A DNA stretch of 64,000 bases from an uncultured Alphaproteobacteria bacterium (GTDB lineage: Bacteria; Pseudomonadota; Alphaproteobacteria; Rhodobacterales; Rhodobacteraceae): positions 1,841,208-1,905,207 of the forward strand of contig OY970206.1 in the NCBI GenBank assembly GCA_963708425.1. The letters are read 5' to 3'. This document shows, piece after piece, positions 8,995-18,641 of the stretch. Position 1 is the stretch's first letter. Each line of letters opens with the position of its first letter. A program made the position numbers and the translations under genes. Under the pieces are notes generated by a model that did no database searches, was not told the DNA's origin, and saw nothing but the letters and a program-made list of their open reading frames with translations.

Positions 8995-9825
8995 ATGCGG
9001 GTTGGTCTGGTGCAGCTGACTGTTGGTGATGATCCAAGGGCCAACCTGCCTCAGACCATTGCTTTGATTAGAGAAGCCGTGGTCGGTGGTGCAGGTTTTG
9101 TGCTGACCCCGGAATGCACCAATTGCCTGTCGTCAAACCGGGACCATCAACGCGCAGTTTTTCACCAAGAGGCAGACGACCCGACGCTTGCAGCCCTGCG
9201 GGCCGAGGCTGCCATAGCCAAGATTTGGTTGCTGATCGGATCGCTGGGTTTGAAAACCGATGACGGAGATGGCCGGTTTGCCAATCGGTCTTTCCTGATT
9301 ACCCCGGATGGCAGCATTGCCGCTCGCTATGACAAGATCCATATGTTTGACGGGAATGTCTCGGAGACCGAGGTTTACCGAGAATCAGCGGGTTATCGCC
9401 CTGGTAAGCAAGCCATACTGGCTGATACTCCGCTTGGCTGCATTGGCATGACTGTCTGCTATGATCTGCGGTTTCCGCATCTTTATCGACGCCTCGCCAA
9501 AGCGGGTGCGCAGATATTGACCGCCCCTGCCGCCTTTAACCACATAACAGGTGCGGCCCATTGGCAGGTTCTGCTCCGCGCCCGCGCCATCGAAACCGGC
9601 TGTTTTGTGTTAGCGCCAGCACAGACCGGCTTTCATACGGAAACCGCAGGAAAGGGCCGCCGCACGTATGGTCATAGCCTTGTCATCACCCCCTGGGGCG
9701 AGGTTTTGGCGGATGGAGGTGACGTTCTTGGGGTGACCCTTGCCGATATTGATCTTGCTGAGGTTGGTAAGGCGCGCGCGCGCATTCCGTCTCTTGACCA
9801 CGACCGCGAAATTATCGGCCCGTGA
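8995..9825 (+). CDS. Carbon-nitrogen hydrolase family protein (Nit/omega-amidase-like)
   Basis: The nitrilase-superfamily Glu-Lys-Cys triad context is present: VLTPEC, YDKIHMF and MTVCYDLRFP. Confidence 0.85.
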   Translation: MRVGLVQLTVGDDPRANLPQTIALIREAVVGGAGFVLTPECTNCLSSNRDHQRAVFHQEADDPTLAALRAEAAIAKIWLLIGSLGLKTDDGDGRFANRSFLITPDGSIAARYDKIHMFDGNVSETEVYRESAGYRPGKQAILADTPLGCIGMTVCYDLRFPHLYRRLAKAGAQILTAPAAFNHITGAAHWQVLLRARAIETGCFVLAPAQTGFHTETAGKGRRTYGHSLVITPWGEVLADGGDVLGVTLADIDLAEVGKARARIPSLDHDREIIGP

Positions 9826-10268
9826 TGCAAGAAAAGACCGAAGACATAGCAATTGCCTTGTTCGGAGAGCTGTTCACGGCCGATCAGTTAGCGCGCAATC
9901 GCATATCCAAAGTGCTGCCGCGCGGGATGGAGCTTTCGCATTTTTCCGTGCTGAACCATCTTGCGGGCATTGGCGACGAACGATCGCCCGCCCAGCTTGC
10001 GCGCGCCTTTCACGTAACGCGTGGTGCCATGACAAACACGCTGGCCAAACTTGAATGGGCCGGCCATATTCATATTCGCCCGGATTGGGATGACGCGCGG
10101 CGCAAGTTCGTGGCGATCAGTCCCTCTGGCCGAGCCGCACGCGATGCAGCTGTTCAGGCCATAGCGCCGCTGATTGGCGAAGTCGTGCAGGCGCTGGGTG
10201 CAGACCGGGTCCGGTCCGTGCTGCCCGTCTTGCGTGAATTGCGGACCCGGCTGGAAGGCGACGTCTGA
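9822..10268 (+). CDS. MarR family transcriptional regulator
   Basis: About 148 aa with a winged-HTH region (LSHFSVLNHLAG...PAQLARAFHVTRGAMTNTLAKLE). Its start overlaps the upstream stop (GTGATG at 9822-9827). Confidence 0.8.
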   Translation: MMQEKTEDIAIALFGELFTADQLARNRISKVLPRGMELSHFSVLNHLAGIGDERSPAQLARAFHVTRGAMTNTLAKLEWAGHIHIRPDWDDARRKFVAISPSGRAARDAAVQAIAPLIGEVVQALGADRVRSVLPVLRELRTRLEGDV

Positions 10269-10360
10269 TCGTCGGCAGCTAAGATTTTGTCAAACATTTG
10301 GACGTAACTCTTTGTCGCAGTGTCGCCCGTTTCTGGCGCTGTGGTGCAAAGGGATATTTC

Positions 10361-11215
10361 ATGCGGGTTCTGATCACAGGGGCAGCTGGCCGATTGGGGC
10401 GGATGCTGCGCGCCGCTTGGGCAGATACCGCACCGTTGGGGTTTGAGCCGATCTGGTCCGCTCGGTGGGCCGATGGTTCAAACGATCTTGCATGGGATAT
10501 ATTGTCTGGTTCCGCACCCAACATCGCGGAAGGCGCCGCCGTCCTGCACTTGGCCGGAGTTTTGCGGGGCCATTCCGCTGCGCTATCGGAAAATGCGGCT
10601 ATGGCGCTGAAGGTTTGTGCCGCTGCAAGGTTTGCCGGTGCGAGACATGTTTTTCTGACGTCTTCCGCGGCCGTCTATGGCTCAAGTTTTCGCGACCACG
10701 TCGAAGTTCACGCGCCAGCACCCTGTTCCGGGTACGGGCGTGCAAAGCTGGCGATGGAACGCGCGGCATTGTGTTGGGCGCACGACGCGGGGTCAGATGC
10801 ACCGAGTGTGACCTGCATGCGGATCGGGAATGTTCTGGGGGCCGATGCGCTATTAGGCCGGGGTATAACCGGGCACGATATCGTGCTTGATTCGGTTATG
10901 GGGCAGCCGCGCGGCCCACAACGATCCTACATTGGCCCCACGGCGCTGGCGAGGGTTCTGGCCGACTTGATCATGCAGGTCCTAGCTGGCCGGACTATGC
11001 CGCCGATCCTGAATATAGCAGCGCCCGGTGCCGTGTTCATGACAGATTTGCTAGACGCCGCAGGTATGCCATTTCGCTTTGCTCCACACAAGAACCGGAC
11101 CATTCCCAAAGTTAGCCTTTGTACAGCCAAACTATCGCGCATGGTGGCGCTGGGCGCCGCGGATGCCGCTATTATGGTCGCCGACTGGCGGCGGCTGTCG
11201 GTGGCCGTTTCGTGA
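10361..11215 (+). CDS. NAD-dependent epimerase/dehydratase family (extended SDR); candidate sugar-nucleotide 4-reductase
   Basis: It has the Rossmann motif MRVLITGAAGRLG and the catalytic YGRAK (YxxxK). It is coupled to the downstream sugar transferase by a GTGA overlap at 11212-11215. Confidence 0.75.
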   Translation: MRVLITGAAGRLGRMLRAAWADTAPLGFEPIWSARWADGSNDLAWDILSGSAPNIAEGAAVLHLAGVLRGHSAALSENAAMALKVCAAARFAGARHVFLTSSAAVYGSSFRDHVEVHAPAPCSGYGRAKLAMERAALCWAHDAGSDAPSVTCMRIGNVLGADALLGRGITGHDIVLDSVMGQPRGPQRSYIGPTALARVLADLIMQVLAGRTMPPILNIAAPGAVFMTDLLDAAGMPFRFAPHKNRTIPKVSLCTAKLSRMVALGAADAAIMVADWRRLSVAVS

Positions 11216-11832
11216 CGCCTTACAAAAGAGCGTTCGATGTCGCGCTGGTGCTGTGCCTTACTGCGCTACTTGCTTTGCCGGTTTGCTTTGTCATGCTGGC
11301 TCTACTTATCTGCCAGAGTGGTCCGATCTTCTATGCATCTGAACGGATGACGACGCCAGATACGCCGTTCTGGCTTTGGAAGTTCCGCACCATGCAGTTC
11401 TCGATTGCCGACAGTGGCGTGTCTGGTGGTGATAAGGCGGTGCGGATCACGCCAATGGGGCATTTCCTCCGGTGTATGCGGCTGGATGAAGTGCCGCAAC
11501 TGTGGAACATCATTCGCGGCGACATGACCTTTGTTGGCCCCAGGCCGCCGCTGCGCGACTACGTCGAACGCTTTCCGCATCTTTATGCGCGCGTCCTGAA
11601 ATGCAGGCCGGGTGTGACCGGCCTTGCCACGCTGATCTTGCATGAGCGTGAGGAGCGCCTATTGGCCGCCTGTCCAACGGCCGCTGAAACCGACGCGGTC
11701 TATGCGAGGCGATGTGTTCCAGTCAAGGCGCGTATCGATCTGATCTATCAGCAAAAACAGACTCTATTGTTAGACGTTTGGATACTCTTCCTCACCGTTC
11801 TGAATGTTTGCAGAACGGGCAACTCTGCTTAA
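11212..11832 (+). CDS. Small monotopic phosphoglycosyl (sugar) transferase, PglC/WbaP-C-terminal type
   Basis: One N-terminal hydrophobic helix-break-helix is followed by KFRTM, DEVPQLWNIIRGDMTFVGPRP and PGVTGLA motifs. The GTG start at 11212 was chosen. The track ORF start 11119 overlaps the previous gene. Confidence 0.85.
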   Translation: MTPYKRAFDVALVLCLTALLALPVCFVMLALLICQSGPIFYASERMTTPDTPFWLWKFRTMQFSIADSGVSGGDKAVRITPMGHFLRCMRLDEVPQLWNIIRGDMTFVGPRPPLRDYVERFPHLYARVLKCRPGVTGLATLILHEREERLLAACPTAAETDAVYARRCVPVKARIDLIYQQKQTLLLDVWILFLTVLNVCRTGNSA

Positions 11833-11856
11833 CCTGCGATTTACTAGGGCAGAGAT

Positions 11857-13818
11857 ATGGTGAACACAAGTAACGGTTCGGGACTGAAGCTGAGGGTACA
11901 GATGTCAGTGCGCCTATCTCTTTTTTGTCTGGTCAAAGGCCTTTCGTGGCGGCAGAAGTGGCTGGCGTTTCTGCTTGTCGATACGGCTATGGCACTCGGC
12001 GCGTTTGCCCCAGTGCTTGGGTCCGGTTCGCCAGTTGCTCCGCCGCTAGCCGTCGCTTCACTCGCGGCAGTTTCGTGCATTACCGCGGCCGCTTCTTTGG
12101 CGGTGGGTCTACCTCGGATCAAGCTGAATGCATTCGGGCGGCACGCGCTTTTGGTGACGGTCAAGTTTGCGATGCTCGTGACTACTGGCGTTGTGATGGT
12201 TTGCCAAATCGCCTCTTTGGCAATTGATGTGGCTGCTTCGGCGATGTTTGGAAGTAGTCTGTTTATTGGTTGTGTCGCCAGCCGCTATGCCACGCTCAGC
12301 ACGCTTCTTTGGCTGCGTCATCAGGGTCAAACGCGACGTCGGGTGCTGATCTATGGTGCGGGTGATACCGGGGTTCAGATGGCGGTGGCGCTTCGCACTG
12401 ATCCCGGGATTCTGCCGGTGGCATTCTTGGATGGCGATGTCGATCTTCAGGCAATGATAGTTGCAGGCTTGCCAATGCTGTCACCTGCAGGGCCGGACCC
12501 GAATCTGCGCGATTTGGCTGCCGATAGCGTGCTACTGGCGTTACCGTCTGCGCCGGCTGCTAAGTTGCAACAGATCAGCTGCAAGCTGGAACCGCTGGGC
12601 TTCGAGGTGCAGGCGTTACCCTCCTTTGCGCCATTGCTCGGAACTGAAGCGTCGATCGTGCTGGCCGCCCCTGACCGTCCGGGGCAGTTTCTGAGCCGCG
12701 CGGTTGCTGGTGACGAAACGACCGATGTTGGTCGTGCCTATGCAAGGCGAGTAGTCCTAATATCGGGTGCCGGAGGGTCGGTCGGGTCAGAGTTGTGTCG
12801 TCAGCTGATCGTCCATCGGCCCAAAGCCTTAGTCTTGTTGGAACACAGTGAAATTGCGCTGTACACAATTGACCGGGAGTTGCGCGATTTGGTCGCCGGT
12901 CTTGATATTCAAGTCGTTCCAGTCCTTGGGTCGATCTCTGACGCGCGCCTAGCGAAAAGCGCGATGATTGAGGCTGGTGTAGAAGTTGTATTTCATGCTG
13001 CCGCCTACAAGCATGTGCCGTTGGTTGAGGCCAATCCAGTGGCGGGCCTTTCGAACAACGTCATTGGCACTCGTGTCTTTGCAGAGGCCGCGGTTGCCGC
13101 CGGCGTTGCCCGTTTCTTGCTGATTTCCACCGATAAAGCCGTTCGACCCACCAGTGTGATGGGCGCTACAAAGCGGCTCGCCGAACTCGTTGTGCAAGAT
13201 TTGGCACGACGATCATCGAAAACGCAGTTCTCGACGGTGCGCTTTGGTAATGTCCTCGGGTCCTCGGGGTCTGTTCTACCGCTTTTTCGCGATCAGATTG
13301 CCCGGGGTGGCCCCGTTACCCTCACCCACAACGATGTGACACGGTACTTCATGACGTTGGCCGAAGCGGCACGTTTGGTGTTGATAACCGGGGCGCTCCC
13401 GCAGGCCGACGGTTTGGCCGATGTCTTTGTTCTGGATATGGGATTGCCAGTCAAAATTCGTGATCTGGCAGAGCGGATGATCAAGGCCGAAGGACTATCC
13501 GTGCGAAGCGATGATAACCCCTTTGGCGATATCGAGATCGCGGTGATGGGTCTGCGATCGGGCGAAAAATTGCATGAAGAACGGATGATCGGCGGCCACT
13601 CTCTACCTACCCTGCACCCTAAAATACTTCGGACACAAGAGACCGGACTTTCGGAGTTTGCGATGGCCAGAGCGCTGAATGCCGCCCGCGCAGCCATCCA
13701 CTCGGGCGACCATGCGACCGCACGGGCGGTGATCTCTGCTTGGGTGAAAGGGTTTCCCATGTACGAAGCGCGAGACTCTGAACCGATCAAGGAGGTCGAC
13801 GCGCAAGTTCCGGCTTGA
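11857..13818 (+). CDS. Membrane-bound polysaccharide biosynthesis protein, CapD/PglF/WbpM family (UDP-GlcNAc 4,6-dehydratase type)
   Basis: It has N-terminal TM helices and two Rossmann-like regions (LIYGAGDTG; LISGAGGSVGSEL). It also has the catalytic AAAYKHVPLVE and the FGNVLGSSGSVLPLF motif. The exact start is uncertain. Confidence 0.85.
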   Translation: MVNTSNGSGLKLRVQMSVRLSLFCLVKGLSWRQKWLAFLLVDTAMALGAFAPVLGSGSPVAPPLAVASLAAVSCITAAASLAVGLPRIKLNAFGRHALLVTVKFAMLVTTGVVMVCQIASLAIDVAASAMFGSSLFIGCVASRYATLSTLLWLRHQGQTRRRVLIYGAGDTGVQMAVALRTDPGILPVAFLDGDVDLQAMIVAGLPMLSPAGPDPNLRDLAADSVLLALPSAPAAKLQQISCKLEPLGFEVQALPSFAPLLGTEASIVLAAPDRPGQFLSRAVAGDETTDVGRAYARRVVLISGAGGSVGSELCRQLIVHRPKALVLLEHSEIALYTIDRELRDLVAGLDIQVVPVLGSISDARLAKSAMIEAGVEVVFHAAAYKHVPLVEANPVAGLSNNVIGTRVFAEAAVAAGVARFLLISTDKAVRPTSVMGATKRLAELVVQDLARRSSKTQFSTVRFGNVLGSSGSVLPLFRDQIARGGPVTLTHNDVTRYFMTLAEAARLVLITGALPQADGLADVFVLDMGLPVKIRDLAERMIKAEGLSVRSDDNPFGDIEIAVMGLRSGEKLHEERMIGGHSLPTLHPKILRTQETGLSEFAMARALNAARAAIHSGDHATARAVISAWVKGFPMYEARDSEPIKEVDAQVPA

Positions 13819-14067
13819 ACTGACCACTTTCACTATTCGCGCGGCAAGGCTTTGGCAAACCCCACCTCGTCAATTAGATTTCAAAAAATGGAACTTAAGA
13901 GTTGAGGAAACGAAACTCTGCCATTCGGACTTGCCCAAGGTCAGATCACATTGCGATATCGGTCCAGCGGAGGTGCAAAGATGGAGCTTTGCCAAAGATC
14001 GGTGGATTTCGGGCAGGCTGGGCGTCTGGCGTCTGTTCGCGTTGAATCCGACTTCGATGCCGACAAC

Positions 14068-15018
14068 CTAAACCTCATCTTGCAAAATGGTCATACTTTG
14101 GGCCAGCCAAGGAAACGCTTCAAGTCCCGGATCTACCGCCTCAGCCTGCAAGAGACTACGCACGGTGCTGGCTATGATATTGGCAATCTCTTCGGTCCAG
14201 TCGCCCGGTTGGAACAAGGAGATTACGCGGGAAAATCCGGCAAACGGCAGTGGGTAAATGTCAATCTGGCCTTGAAACTGCCGCGCGCGCAAGAAACCAA
14301 GGGGAGTCGATATTGCCCATCCGGCACCGGCCGCGATCAGGCCGAAAATCGCCTGGTTGCTATCCAGTTCAACCCGTCCCGGCGGTTGCAACTTCAACCG
14401 GGCCAGATGCGTGGCAATCTGCCGCCCCATCACTTGGCTTCGATCATAGCGCAGGAATGGCAGGTCTTTCAGCACATCAAGGCTGTGGAGCGACCCTTTC
14501 AGGTAGCCCCGCGGCGCTACCAAAACGAAGGGGTCGCGCAGCAAGGGAGTTTCGGCAACTCCGGCAGGCACCTCAAGCGGTCGTGCAGCAATGCCAATAT
14601 CAAGGCTACGATCAGCAATGCTTTGAAGGATCGCATGGCTGGGTATGGTTTGCAGCGACAAATCGCACTGGGTCAGCACGCTGGCCAACCTGACCGTCAG
14701 CTTTGGCGTGATGTCAGTGTCAAAATCGTCAATGACGCCAAGCCGCAAGCGGCGCAGGCTGGTCATATCCATCAACGACAGGGCAGTCGATCCGTATCGC
14801 AACTGCGCCATTGCATCGTGGACGTGCACCAGATAGGCGCGGCCCGCCCGGGTCAGGGTCAACGGCCGTCGCCCATGATCGACCAAAGTTTGCCCAAGCG
14901 CCGCTTCCAGCTTTTTCAACTGTTGCGAGGCGGCAGGGGCACTGAGGTCAAGTTTATGGGCAGCGTCCTGCAGGCTGCCGGTACGGGCGATCTCTTCGAA
15001 CACCTCGATGGCACGCAA
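14068..15018 (-). CDS. LysR family transcriptional regulator
   Basis: The N-terminal HTH is MRAIEVFEEIARTGSLQDAAHKLDLSAPAASQQLKKLE and the C-terminal part is substrate-binding-like. It has a TTG start and is divergent from the aminotransferase operon. Confidence 0.9.
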   Translation of the reverse strand: MRAIEVFEEIARTGSLQDAAHKLDLSAPAASQQLKKLEAALGQTLVDHGRRPLTLTRAGRAYLVHVHDAMAQLRYGSTALSLMDMTSLRRLRLGVIDDFDTDITPKLTVRLASVLTQCDLSLQTIPSHAILQSIADRSLDIGIAARPLEVPAGVAETPLLRDPFVLVAPRGYLKGSLHSLDVLKDLPFLRYDRSQVMGRQIATHLARLKLQPPGRVELDSNQAIFGLIAAGAGWAISTPLGFLRARQFQGQIDIYPLPFAGFSRVISLFQPGDWTEEIANIIASTVRSLLQAEAVDPGLEAFPWLAQSMTILQDEV

Positions 15019-15029
15019 GGAAACTGTTT

Positions 15030-15047
15030 TGCCAAGAAGCTGTGGCA
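15030..15047. promoter_or_regulatory. Candidate LysR-type operator (inverted repeat TGCCA-N8-TGGCA) in the divergent intergenic region
   Basis: TGCCA (15030-15034) and TGGCA (15043-15047) are reverse complements. The site lies 12 nt from the LysR start and 68 nt upstream of the aminotransferase ATG. Confidence 0.3.
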
Positions 15048-15114
15048 GGATAGTCCCTTTCGGTTGGCGGGTGTTTCAGGGCAAGATACCTCAAACAGCC
15101 GAGGTGCGCCTTAT

Positions 15115-16332
15115 ATGATGGACGTTTTCCGAAAAAGCTTTACGCAGCAAGAGCCAATATCAGAGGCTGCGATTGCAAGGTCAGCAGACGTGATGCGGTC
15201 TGGTCGGCTGCATCGCTATAATGTTGCGCCGGGCGAGGTCGGGCCTGTCGCCGAGTTCGAGCGTGCTTTTGCGGCTTGGTTGGGCGCTCCCTACGCGTTG
15301 GCTTTGGCATCGGGCGGCCAGGCGCTTCAGATTGCTCTGCGCGCGGCGGGCGTCAAGCCGGGCGACCGGGTTCTGACGAACGGCTTCACGCTTGCCCCGG
15401 TCCCAGGTGCGATTGCCGCAGTTGGCGCGCGGCCCTTGTTGGTAGAAACCACCGAAAGCCTGCGCCCCGATCTGGATGATTTGGATGTCAAAGCGGCGAC
15501 TGGCCAAGCGCAGGTTATGATGCTTTCCAATATGCGCGGCCATCTGCCAGATATGGAGGCTATTCAAGCCATTTGCGCCCGGCACGGTTTGCTGCTGTTG
15601 GAGGATTGTGCGCATACGATGGGCGCTGCGTGGAAGGGCAAGCAAAGCGGCACGTTCGGCATTGCCGGGTGTTTTTCGACGCAAACCTACAAGCACATGA
15701 ATTCGGGCGAAGGCGGTATTCTTACGTCAGATGATGCGGCGTTCATGGCGCGGGCGACAGTGCTTTCAGGGTCTTACATGCTTTACGACCGCCACGGTGC
15801 CGGCCCGGATGCCAAGTATTTCGAGGACGCTCGCTATGACATGCCTAACTGTTCTGCCCGGATGGACGCCGTTCGGGCGACATTGTTGCTGGATCAGATT
15901 GGATCTTTGGCAGACCGAATTCGGCGCTGGAATGAACGCTATCATGCGGTGGAAAGGGGGCTTGCCGGGGTGCGGGGGCTGACTTTGCCGCACCGTCCGA
16001 AGGAAGAAAGCTACGTGGGATCTTCGATCCAGTTTCTGGTGCCTAAATCGTGGAGCGAACAGAACTGCACTTGCTTTGCCGAAGCCACTGCAGCGCGCGG
16101 TGTCGAAGTCAAATGGTTTGGTGCGGTAGAACCGAAAGCATTCACCAGCCGCTACGATAGCTGGCACTATGCCAAGCCTGACCCGCTGCCCAACACCGAT
16201 GCTGTACTGGCACGGTTGTTTGATATGCGGCTGCCCCTAACGTTTGATGTAACTGATTGCACGTTGATCGCCCAGATTCTTGTCGACGAATTTGCCAAAG
16301 AAAACCGCAGACCCAATCTGGCAGGCGTGTAA
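15115..16332 (+). CDS. DegT/DnrJ/EryC1/StrS family PLP-dependent aminotransferase
   Basis: It has the LEDCAHTMGA motif and the PLP-lysine region CFSTQTYKHMNSGEGGIL. The real start was taken at ATG 15115. The 5' 1164 nt of the 793-aa track ORF are antisense to the LysR gene. Confidence 0.85.
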   Translation: MMDVFRKSFTQQEPISEAAIARSADVMRSGRLHRYNVAPGEVGPVAEFERAFAAWLGAPYALALASGGQALQIALRAAGVKPGDRVLTNGFTLAPVPGAIAAVGARPLLVETTESLRPDLDDLDVKAATGQAQVMMLSNMRGHLPDMEAIQAICARHGLLLLEDCAHTMGAAWKGKQSGTFGIAGCFSTQTYKHMNSGEGGILTSDDAAFMARATVLSGSYMLYDRHGAGPDAKYFEDARYDMPNCSARMDAVRATLLLDQIGSLADRIRRWNERYHAVERGLAGVRGLTLPHRPKEESYVGSSIQFLVPKSWSEQNCTCFAEATAARGVEVKWFGAVEPKAFTSRYDSWHYAKPDPLPNTDAVLARLFDMRLPLTFDVTDCTLIAQILVDEFAKENRRPNLAGV

Positions 16333-17627
16333 TGACCTTTACCTATTTCAAACGTGGCACGCCCCTTGACGCGGCAGCTTCGGCCGATGTCAGCAGCAGA
16401 GTTGCTCGCCTGTTGGCCGAGATTGAGGCTGGCGGCGAAGCGACGGCCACCCGCATTGCGCGCGAATTTGACCATTGGGATGGCGATATCGTCTTGTCGG
16501 ACGAAACCATTGCCACCGCCTGTGCCCGGGTTCCACAAGGCCTTAAGGACGACATCGCCTATGCGCATGAAAACATTGCGCGGTTTGCCCAAGCGCAGCG
16601 TGACAGTTTTACCGAGACAGAGGTTGAGCTGCGCCCCGGCCTGCGCGTTGGGCAAAAACTGATCCCGGTGCAGGCGGCTGGCTGCTACGTTCCGGGCGGG
16701 CGCTACAGCCATATTGCCAGCGCGATGATGACGGTTACCACAGCTAAGGTGGCGGGCGTTACACACGTGGCCGCGGTCTCCCCGCCTAGGCCTGATGCCA
16801 TAGCCGGCATACCCGATGCCATTTTGTACACCCTGCACCACTGCGGGGCCGATCGGGTTCTGGCGCTTGGTGGCATTCAGGGTGTTGCCGCGATGGCGTT
16901 TGGCCTGTTTGGTTTACCGCGTGCCGACATGCTGGTCGGCCCCGGAAATCAGTTCGTGGCCGAGGCTAAGCGCCTGCTTTACGGTCGTGTCGGCATTGAT
17001 ATGGTTGCAGGCCCGACCGACAGTATGGTCATCGCCGATGCTACTGCTGATGCGCTTGTGGTGGCTTGGGATCTGGTTGGCCAGGCCGAACACGGCGTGA
17101 ATTCCCCAGTGTGGCTTGTGACTACCAGTCCCGAACTTGCTGCCGAAGTGCGTCGATTGGTGCCGCTTTGTGCTGCCGACCTGCCAGAACCAAATCGGTC
17201 GGCTGCGCTCGGCGCTTGGGATGCGCTGGGCGAAATTGTCATCTGCGCAACCCCGGAAGTCATGGCTGCGTATGCCGACAGGGTGGCGCCGGAGCATCTG
17301 CACGTGCAGGCAGATGATCTGGATTGGTGGTTGGGGCGGCTGCGCGCCTATGGGTCGTTGTTTTTGGGGGCCACTTCGACTGTGGCTTTTGGTGATAAGG
17401 CTGCTGGCACCAACCACGTTTTACCCACCAGTGGGGCCGCGCGATATACCGGCGGCTTGTCGGTGCATAAGTTTCTGAAAACGGTAACTTGGCAGACGGT
17501 ATCGGCTGAGGCGTTACCGCAACTCGCCGGGGTAACGGCCCGCATTTCCCGCTTCGAAGGCATGGAAGGCCATGCCCGCACTGCTGACATTCGTCTTGGC
17601 AAACTTGCCGCCAATTCCCCCATCTAA
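16332..17627 (+). CDS. Histidinol-dehydrogenase (HisD) family NAD-dependent dehydrogenase, non-his-operon paralogue
   Basis: HisD blocks are present: GCYVPGGRYSHIAS, GPGNQFVAEAKR, GQAEHGVNSP, APEHLHVQ and HVLPTSGAARYTGGLSV. Its start overlaps the upstream stop (TAATG at 16330-16334). Confidence 0.85.
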   Translation: MTFTYFKRGTPLDAAASADVSSRVARLLAEIEAGGEATATRIAREFDHWDGDIVLSDETIATACARVPQGLKDDIAYAHENIARFAQAQRDSFTETEVELRPGLRVGQKLIPVQAAGCYVPGGRYSHIASAMMTVTTAKVAGVTHVAAVSPPRPDAIAGIPDAILYTLHHCGADRVLALGGIQGVAAMAFGLFGLPRADMLVGPGNQFVAEAKRLLYGRVGIDMVAGPTDSMVIADATADALVVAWDLVGQAEHGVNSPVWLVTTSPELAAEVRRLVPLCAADLPEPNRSAALGAWDALGEIVICATPEVMAAYADRVAPEHLHVQADDLDWWLGRLRAYGSLFLGATSTVAFGDKAAGTNHVLPTSGAARYTGGLSVHKFLKTVTWQTVSAEALPQLAGVTARISRFEGMEGHARTADIRLGKLAANSPI

Positions 17628-17639
17628 AGGACTGATCCA

Positions 17640-18641
17640 TTGAACCTTGCCCGCTTTCCCCGCATTCGCCTTGGCCACCTGCCCACCCCGCTAGAGCTGA
17701 TGCCGCGGCTAACTGCCTTGCTTGGCGGACCAGAGATATGGATCAAACGCGATGATTGCACCGGGCTTTCCACTGGCGGCAACAAGACCCGAAAGTTGGA
17801 GTTTCTAATGGCCGAAGCGGTGGCAATGGGGGCCGATATCGTGCTGACTCAAGGTGCCACGCAATCGAACCACGCGCGGCAAACAGCTGCGGCGGCGGCA
17901 AAGCTGGGCATGGCCTGTCATATCCTGCTGGAAGATCGTACTGGGTATAACGAACCGAACTACCGCATGAACGGTAACGTGTTGCTGGATGTGCTGCACG
18001 GTGCCACGATTGAACATCGCGGGCCGGGGTTGGATATGAACGCCGAGATGATGGCGGTAGCGGACAAGTTTCGCGCCGACGGCCGCATGCCCTATGCCAT
18101 TGTGGGCGGCGGATCGAACGCTACCGGTGCGCTGGGCTATGTGAATTGCGCGTTGGAACTGCTGGGCCAGATGGTAGACAGCGGCCTGGTGTTTGACCAC
18201 ATGATTACGGCGACCGGGTCTGCCGGTACGCAAGCAGGGCTGATTGTTGGGCTTAAGGCGCTAAACGCCCAGTTGCCGCTGTTGGGCATTGGTGTGCGTG
18301 CGCCCAAAGAAACGCAAGAGGCGAACGTATTTCGTCTGGCGCAGGCGGTTGAAGAGAAAATGGGTCTGCAAGGCGTCGTCGCGCGCGCCGACGTGGTGGC
18401 CAACTGCGATTACATCGGGCAGGGTTACGGCATTCCAGCCGACAGCACGCTAGAAGCGATTGATATCTTTGCGAAAACCGAAGCCATTTTGCTTGATCCG
18501 GTCTATTCTGGCAAAGGGGCTGCAGGGTTGATCGACCTGATCCGCAAGGGGCATTTCAGGAAGCGGGAGCGGGTGGTGTTTTTGCATACCGGGGGCGCTA
18601 TTGGCCTGACCGGCTACACCCACGTGCTGCCACACCTGTGA
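17640..18641 (+). CDS. PLP-dependent D-cysteine desulfhydrase / ACC deaminase / cysteate sulfo-lyase (CuyA) family enzyme
   Basis: It is collinear with E. coli DcyD as I recall it: [61 protein letters not shown] and [17 protein letters not shown]. It has a TTG start with SD AAAGGA. Confidence 0.85.
   Translation: MNLARFPRIRLGHLPTPLELMPRLTALLGGPEIWIKRDDCTGLSTGGNKTRKLEFLMAEAVAMGADIVLTQGATQSNHARQTAAAAAKLGMACHILLEDRTGYNEPNYRMNGNVLLDVLHGATIEHRGPGLDMNAEMMAVADKFRADGRMPYAIVGGGSNATGALGYVNCALELLGQMVDSGLVFDHMITATGSAGTQAGLIVGLKALNAQLPLLGIGVRAPKETQEANVFRLAQAVEEKMGLQGVVARADVVANCDYIGQGYGIPADSTLEAIDIFAKTEAILLDPVYSGKGAAGLIDLIRKGHFRKRERVVFLHTGGAIGLTGYTHVLPHL

Noticed and set aside
13951-15114. The 5' part of a 793-aa plus-strand ORF that is fused in frame to the DegT aminotransferase.
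   Set aside because: It is entirely antisense to the well-supported LysR gene (14068-15018). Its translation is Arg/Gly/Gln-rich with no domain signature. The aminotransferase homology begins only at ATG 15115. This is a typical high-GC shadow ORF.
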